Both the position numbers and the translations under genes were made by a program. From the NCBI GenBank assembly GCA_046754265.1, contig JBHHVM010000002.1, forward strand, positions 1-37,367: a DNA stretch of 37,367 bases, written 5' to 3'. Of this stretch, positions 32,683-37,367 are shown one piece after another (positions within the stretch are counted from its first letter, which is position 1; each line of letters starts with the position of its first letter). The stretch comes from Phycisphaerae bacterium (GTDB lineage: Bacteria > Planctomycetota > Phycisphaerae > UBA1845). Below the pieces are notes generated by a model. That model had not been told where the DNA came from. It saw nothing but the letters and a program-made list of their open reading frames with translations, and searched no databases.

Positions 32683-35600
32683 GAGCCGCTCCGCTCCAGG
32701 TTCACTTCGATGATTCGGCCAGGCGTCAGGAACACCAGCACGCCGCGGGCCACGGGTTTCTTCCATATCCGCGACACAGCCGACGCATACAAGCGCATCT
32801 GCATTTCATACCGCAAGGCCCGTTCGGGCACTTCGTCGGGGCCGATGGCATCGGTCTTGAAGTCCACGATTTCCAGGGCTTCGGGGGTGACCCACACGCC
32901 GTCGACGATGCCCCGGATCAGGACCTTCTCATCATCCAGCCCTTCCAAGGTGGGGTCAAAGCCGGTGGCGGGCTCGGTGGACACGAAACGCACTTCTCGC
33001 CGATAGTCCGGACCCGCCCGGCGCAGTGTTTGAGCCAAGTCCGTCGTGGCAAACCACTCCAGGCTCCGCGTATCGACGGCATCGGCCTCGGCCGACTCGA
33101 TCATCCCGGACTCGACCAGCCGGCTGACCACCTGCCTGGCAGGGGTCGCAAAATCCCACGCTTCCAACACCAGGTGGGTCAGCGTCCCACGGCGCAGGGA
33201 GCTTGGAGAATCGGCGGCTGATTCCAAAACCTTGGGGCGTTCCATGACCGGGGGTGTGGCCGGCCCGGTGATGGGCTTGTGCCCTTCCTCGAACGGGTCC
33301 ACCGCCCGCTTGGCTTCGCTGGCCCCCATGACCGCCCGGATGGACGAGGCTGCCAGGTGGGGATAGGTAAAGTTCAGCCGGTCCAACACGGCCGACACCT
33401 CGGCGGGGTCGTCGGGCAGAGGCTCATTTCCGGGAAGGGGTTGGAGCGCGCTGACGGATGCCAGAGTATGACACTCACTGGCCGAGCGATCCGCCGGCAC
33501 CTCCCATTCCCCGACGGCCTCGGCATCGTGACACCATACCCGATAAAGCGGCGAGGCGGGTTGCTTGCTCGGGCCGTCGTGTACCCAGGCGACGCGATCG
33601 CTCGGGGCGGTGGCCAAGGCGGGGACGATCCATTCCAGCGGGGTCCGAGACGGCGGGGCTGCCGGCGTGCCCAGGGCTGCCCCGATTCGGGACCACAGCC
33701 GGCGGGTGGCATCGACCTGGTTCAGGTTGGCTGAGCCCACCAGGAACAGTTTTCGCTTGGCCCGGGTCAGGGCGACGTACAGGATGCGCATTTCCTCGTC
33801 GCGGGTGGCTGTCTCGATCGAATCGGCCACGCGCAGGTGGGCGATCGAGGGGTATTCGATCATGCGCTCGGGTTCCACGACGCGCAACCCGATGCCGCTA
33901 TCTCGATCGTAGATGATTCGGCCATGCTTATCGCGCAAGTTGAATTGTTTACCCAAATCGGCCACGAAGACGGTGTCGAATTCCAGGCCCTTGCTGCCGT
34001 GAATACTCATGATGCGAACCGCATCGCCACCCCGACCGGCGGTCGGCTTGGCCAAAAGGTCCTGACCGCTATCGGCCAGCGAATCGACGAAGCGCAGGAA
34101 GCGGTGCAAGCCCTGGCGCTTGAATCCGCCGAACTGCCGGGCCCGGCCGTGCAAAGCCAGCAGGTTGGCCCGCCGATCGGTGCCGTGCGGCAAACCCCCA
34201 ACGTAGGCCAGGTAGCCCGATTCCTGGTAGATGCTCCAAAGCACCTCAGCCAGGGGCCGAAGGCGTATCCGGCGGCGCCAAAGGTCCAAGCGATTGAGAA
34301 TGCGCCCCAAACGCTCCTGCAATGCGTCATCGGCGCCGGCCCGCCCATAATCCTGCACCGCCCGGTGAAACGGCACAGCCTTGTCGTGGCAGCGCAGGGC
34401 CACCAGATCGTCCTCGGTCAGTGCCATGCCGGTGACGCCGGATCGCAGGACGGCCGCCAGGGGAATGTCCTGCATGGGATTGTCCAGCACGTCCAACAGG
34501 GCCAAGACGTCTCGCACTTCGGTCGAGCCCAACAAGGCTTCGCCGGCATCGGCCTGGGCGGGGATGCCCATTCGCCGCAACATATCCGCCATCGGGCCAG
34601 CCGTGTATCGCGTGGCCCGCATCAACACAGCCATGTCATCCCACGGCACCGGCGCACCGCCCGCCTGCTCGGATCGGGCCCGCAGGTCGAGAATCAACTG
34701 TCCGATCAGGTAGGCCTCTCGTTCGATGGATGCCCACTGGGCTGGGTCGGTGGGGTCGACTTGGGGCCCGTAGTCTGAATCGCCCCGGTGATTGTCATCT
34801 TGCAGACGCCGTTCGAGCACGTGCAGCTCGATAGGGGGAACCGCGCCGGGACCGGTTTGCGGGTCGGCAAGCCCCGGGCGCAGGCGGGCCAAGTCGTCGT
34901 AGTCCACCCCGCCGATCCGGCGACTCATCAACCGCTCGAACAGCAGGTTAAGACCGTCGATCAACGGAGGGACGCTACGAAAGTTATCCTGCAAGGCGAT
35001 GCAGCCGGCCTGGGATTGTTGGCGTTGGGCCTGGTCGACGCGCTGCTGCAGGACTGCGGGTTCAGCCAGGCGGAAGCGATAGATGCTCTGTTTGACGTCG
35101 CCCACACAAAAGAAGTTGCCCGGCTGGTCGGGTTGCTCGTCGCGGCTGACCAGGGTCAGAATCTCGGCTTGCAGAGGATTGATGTCCTGAAATTCATCCA
35201 CCAGGACGTAGGCAAACCGCTCACGAAGGGCCGCGCGAACTGAAGTTCGCGGCTCGGTGGATGTCGGCGGACCGGTGAGCAATTGGTAAGCACCGTGTTC
35301 CAAGTCGGCAAAATCCAGCACGTCCAGGTCCGTCTTGGCCTGTTGATAGCGCTCGGCGAAGACCTGGGCCAGGCGGCACAGCGTGGAGACGTGGGGGCTG
35401 ACCGCTTGTAGACCCGCCAGGGCTTGGTCGCGGCTGAATCGGGCCAGTGGGAGCAGGTGCTTGTCAAACAGGTGATCCTTGATTCGCTTGAATAGATCGC
35501 GGGCGGTCTCGATCTGGGCGACTTCTGCATCGTCCATCGACTTATTTTTTCGCACGCCGGATCCGGCGCTCACCTTGTAATCGGAAATGGCCCGGCGAAC

Positions 35601-36431
35601 AGCCTGATAATCCGACGACGACCAGCCAGCCAGTGCGTCGGCATAGGCTTCGAGTTTGTCTCCATAGAGCCGGGCGATGGGCAGTTCCTGTTGGATGAAG
35701 GCCGCGATGGCTTGGACCTGCTCATGCTGTCGGTCGATCTCGTCGCGCAGGCGGTCGTCGAACCAGGCCAGGGTCTGATCGGCGCCTTGGCTGACGCTTC
35801 GCCGGGCCCGGTCCAGCCAGCCCTGTGGATCGGGCAGGCTGCGGACGAAATCGGCCAGCTCCAGGACCGCCTTGGCAATGGCATCGTCCTTACCCAGGCC
35901 ATACTCGTCGATCAGGCGGGTAAACGAGTACCCCAGTTCGTCCGACGCGTCATACAGTTCCTCGAACAGGGATTCGACGGTCTCGGCTCGCAGCAGGCGG
36001 GCTTCTTCGGCTTGAAGCAACGTCGCGGCTGGGTCGATTGAGGCTTCGCTGAACCAGCGCCGCAACATCCACAGGCAAAAGGCGTGCAGCGTGGATATTT
36101 GCGCCGTGTCGATCAGGGCGGCTTGGCTGCGCAGGTAGGCGTCGCCGGGACGTTGGCGGGCCCGAGCGCGGATGGCCTCGAGGATGCGGGACTTCATCTC
36201 GGCTGCCGCGGCGTCGGTGAAGGTGACCACACACAGCCCGTCCACACCGCAGCGCTGCGCCGTTGGCAGATCGCACACCAGGTGGGCGCAGCGTTCCGCC
36301 AGCACAGCCGTCTTGCCCGAACCGGCGGCCGCGGTGACCACCAGGTTGCGGCCCACGGTCTCGATGGCCTGCTTCTGGGCGGGCGTAAACGCAATCCCGC
36401 CCGATTCACTAGGCTTCTTGGGTGACGGCAT
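32670..36431 (-). CDS. addA: ATP-dependent helicase/nuclease subunit A (UvrD-like helicase plus PD-(D/E)XK nuclease)
   Basis: Walker A AAAGSGKTAVLAER. UvrD/Rep motifs: TFTDAAAAEM, LVDEFQDINPLQ, GDVKQSIYRFR, IHGSKGLEF, LYVALTRAK. C-terminal nuclease motif IRGIVDGVW...IVDFKTD. Preferred start ATG 36431 (MPSPKKPSESGGIAFTPAQ). Confidence 0.88.
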   Translation of the reverse strand: MPSPKKPSESGGIAFTPAQKQAIETVGRNLVVTAAAGSGKTAVLAERCAHLVCDLPTAQRCGVDGLCVVTFTDAAAAEMKSRILEAIRARARQRPGDAYLRSQAALIDTAQISTLHAFCLWMLRRWFSEASIDPAATLLQAEEARLLRAETVESLFEELYDASDELGYSFTRLIDEYGLGKDDAIAKAVLELADFVRSLPDPQGWLDRARRSVSQGADQTLAWFDDRLRDEIDRQHEQVQAIAAFIQQELPIARLYGDKLEAYADALAGWSSSDYQAVRRAISDYKVSAGSGVRKNKSMDDAEVAQIETARDLFKRIKDHLFDKHLLPLARFSRDQALAGLQAVSPHVSTLCRLAQVFAERYQQAKTDLDVLDFADLEHGAYQLLTGPPTSTEPRTSVRAALRERFAYVLVDEFQDINPLQAEILTLVSRDEQPDQPGNFFCVGDVKQSIYRFRLAEPAVLQQRVDQAQRQQSQAGCIALQDNFRSVPPLIDGLNLLFERLMSRRIGGVDYDDLARLRPGLADPQTGPGAVPPIELHVLERRLQDDNHRGDSDYGPQVDPTDPAQWASIEREAYLIGQLILDLRARSEQAGGAPVPWDDMAVLMRATRYTAGPMADMLRRMGIPAQADAGEALLGSTEVRDVLALLDVLDNPMQDIPLAAVLRSGVTGMALTEDDLVALRCHDKAVPFHRAVQDYGRAGADDALQERLGRILNRLDLWRRRIRLRPLAEVLWSIYQESGYLAYVGGLPHGTDRRANLLALHGRARQFGGFKRQGLHRFLRFVDSLADSGQDLLAKPTAGRGGDAVRIMSIHGSKGLEFDTVFVADLGKQFNLRDKHGRIIYDRDSGIGLRVVEPERMIEYPSIAHLRVADSIETATRDEEMRILYVALTRAKRKLFLVGSANLNQVDATRRLWSRIGAALGTPAAPPSRTPLEWIVPALATAPSDRVAWVHDGPSKQPASPLYRVWCHDAEAVGEWEVPADRSASECHTLASVSALQPLPGNEPLPDDPAEVSAVLDRLNFTYPHLAASSIRAVMGASEAKRAVDPFEEGHKPITGPATPPVMERPKVLESAADSPSSLRRGTLTHLVLEAWDFATPARQVVSRLVESGMIESAEADAVDTRSLEWFATTDLAQTLRRAGPDYRREVRFVSTEPATGFDPTLEGLDDEKVLIRGIVDGVWVTPEALEIVDFKTDAIGPDEVPERALRYEMQMRLYASAVSRIWKKPVARGVLVFLTPGRIIEVNLERSGSCTS

Positions 36432-37367
36432 CCAACACCTGGGGTTGCGATTGGCGGGGCAACACTCTGAGGCCGCCTTGCCCGAACTCGAAGCGGCATA
36501 CACTGCGATACGAACACCAATGACAGGGCGAGAAGTTATTCAGTCGATAGGGGGCCACTTGAATCACGCCGTCCAGGATCCCGTCGGCCAATTCGCCCAG
36601 TTTGTATCGCGTGTGTTCTAGCAGAGTGGAAAACTGTTCGGGCGTGACGGCATCGGAGCGGTTGGAGTATTGGATGACCCCGTCCTTGGTCTGCACGTTG
36701 TAGGCACTGGCCTGACCGCCGGCGTAGTCGCGCTCCAGAGCGTCGATTCGGCCAACGTCCAGCAGACCTCGAGGCCTCAACTGCTTAGCATCGGAATGTT
36801 TGACCTCGTCGTACTCGTCGGGGTGATTCAGTTTCTCGTAGTCGCTGATCAGGCTGACGTAGAAGGCCCCGATCGGGCGAATAGGTCGGCCTGCCAACGT
36901 CCGGCCCTGCTCAGCCAGGGCCAGCAGATAGCCGATCAATTGCAGGGACAGTCCGTGGTAGACCCTGGCCCACTCCAATCGTTTGCCGGTGGTGCGCTTG
37001 TAGTCGATGACCACACCCAGCAGCTCGTCGGCCAACTCAGCCAGGTCGACGCGATCGATAAAACCCCGCAGCAGGACCGACCTGCCCGCGGGCGTATCGA
37101 TCCGCAGGGCGGGTAGCGAGTCGCTCCGATCATCAAAGCCGAAGGGGACTTCGGTTCCCTGGGATCGAAAGCGTCCCAGTGCCGCGACCTGTCTCTGGGC
37201 CCGCAGAACCCTGGCCAACTCTTCCCGGCTGCGGCGCAACTGATACGCTTGCCGGGCGACGGTGCGGCTTTGGGCCAATGCGGGTCGAAGGCCGATCCGC
37301 TCGGTGCTTTTTTCGAGCCGGTCCATTAGGCCGCGTTCGTCCAACTGGCCCAGCGACTGGCCCTGAT
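36409..37367 (-). CDS. addB: Helicase/nuclease subunit B, C-terminal part (5' end lies beyond the window)
   Basis: The reading frame stays open to the window edge. RecB-family nuclease motif LLRGFIDRVDL...VVIDYKRT. C-terminal Fe-S cluster cysteines FSPCHWCSYRSVCRF (CxxCx5C), typical of AddB. The stop overlaps the addA start by 23 nt. Confidence 0.8.
   Translation of the reverse strand, partial: QGQSLGQLDERGLMDRLEKSTERIGLRPALAQSRTVARQAYQLRRSREELARVLRAQRQVAALGRFRSQGTEVPFGFDDRSDSLPALRIDTPAGRSVLLRGFIDRVDLAELADELLGVVIDYKRTTGKRLEWARVYHGLSLQLIGYLLALAEQGRTLAGRPIRPIGAFYVSLISDYEKLNHPDEYDEVKHSDAKQLRPRGLLDVGRIDALERDYAGGQASAYNVQTKDGVIQYSNRSDAVTPEQFSTLLEHTRYKLGELADGILDGVIQVAPYRLNNFSPCHWCSYRSVCRFEFGQGGLRVLPRQSQPQVLDAVTQEA

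Noticed and set aside
29674-34778. Large ORFs opposite or out of frame with putA and addA (29674-30645 +, 31163-32383 -, 32266-33006 +, 33837-34778 +).
   Set aside because: All are nested in genes with unambiguous PutA or AddA motifs, and all have GC-driven open frames with Arg/Gly/Pro bias.
1-37367. Scan for CRISPR arrays, rRNA genes, intact IS elements or transposases, toxin-antitoxin pairs and known defence-system genes.
   Set aside because: I saw no regularly spaced short repeats, no rRNA-like segments, no transposase or IS terminal inverted repeats, and no defence-gene signatures. The only mobile-element trace is the integrase stub at 18506-18640.

Overview
GC-rich bacterial chromosomal window. 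The gene content looks Planctomycetota-like by inference: DUF1559-type prepilin-like proteins, PEP-CTERM and IPTL-CTERM tails, and many secreted proteins ending in dockerin/EF-hand-like repeats. I support about 24 protein-coding genes, one tRNA-Arg(UCU), one frameshifted gene and one integrase remnant. I found no rRNA, CRISPR array or intact mobile element.

Layout:
- 96-2144: sulfatase/NPP-like hydrolase with TPR repeats.
- 2152-11052, minus strand: tightly packed 7-gene putative glycan-capture/uptake cluster. It holds a ROK regulator, a CBM-like+dockerin protein, a PEP-CTERM protein, two paralogous TIM-barrel-like proteins flanking a pseudopilin-like gene, and an SSF transporter.
- 11375-17945, plus strand, divergent from that cluster: GH94-like phosphorylase, NagB-LmbE fusion and a GH16-like mosaic protein.
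- 18004-18806: decayed junction with a degenerate DUF2064 gene, the 3' stub of a tyrosine recombinase and tRNA-Arg.
- 19091-24739: secreted M14 peptidase, SGNH/PKD/IPTL-CTERM protein and an LTD protein with multiple dockerin-like repeats.
- 24868-29559: pepE, a PhoB/PhoR-like two-component pair and a second pseudopilin-like protein.
- 29662-37367, minus strand: putA, addA and a partial addB.

Most notable hidden signal: the two ORFs at 22354-22677 and 22714-23124 are one membrane-anchored peroxiredoxin-like gene. Its in-frame TGA sits exactly at the first Cys of the FYRGxW-C-xx-C redox motif. A SECIS-like hairpin with a GGUC apical loop follows it, so this is a probable selenoprotein that ORF callers split.
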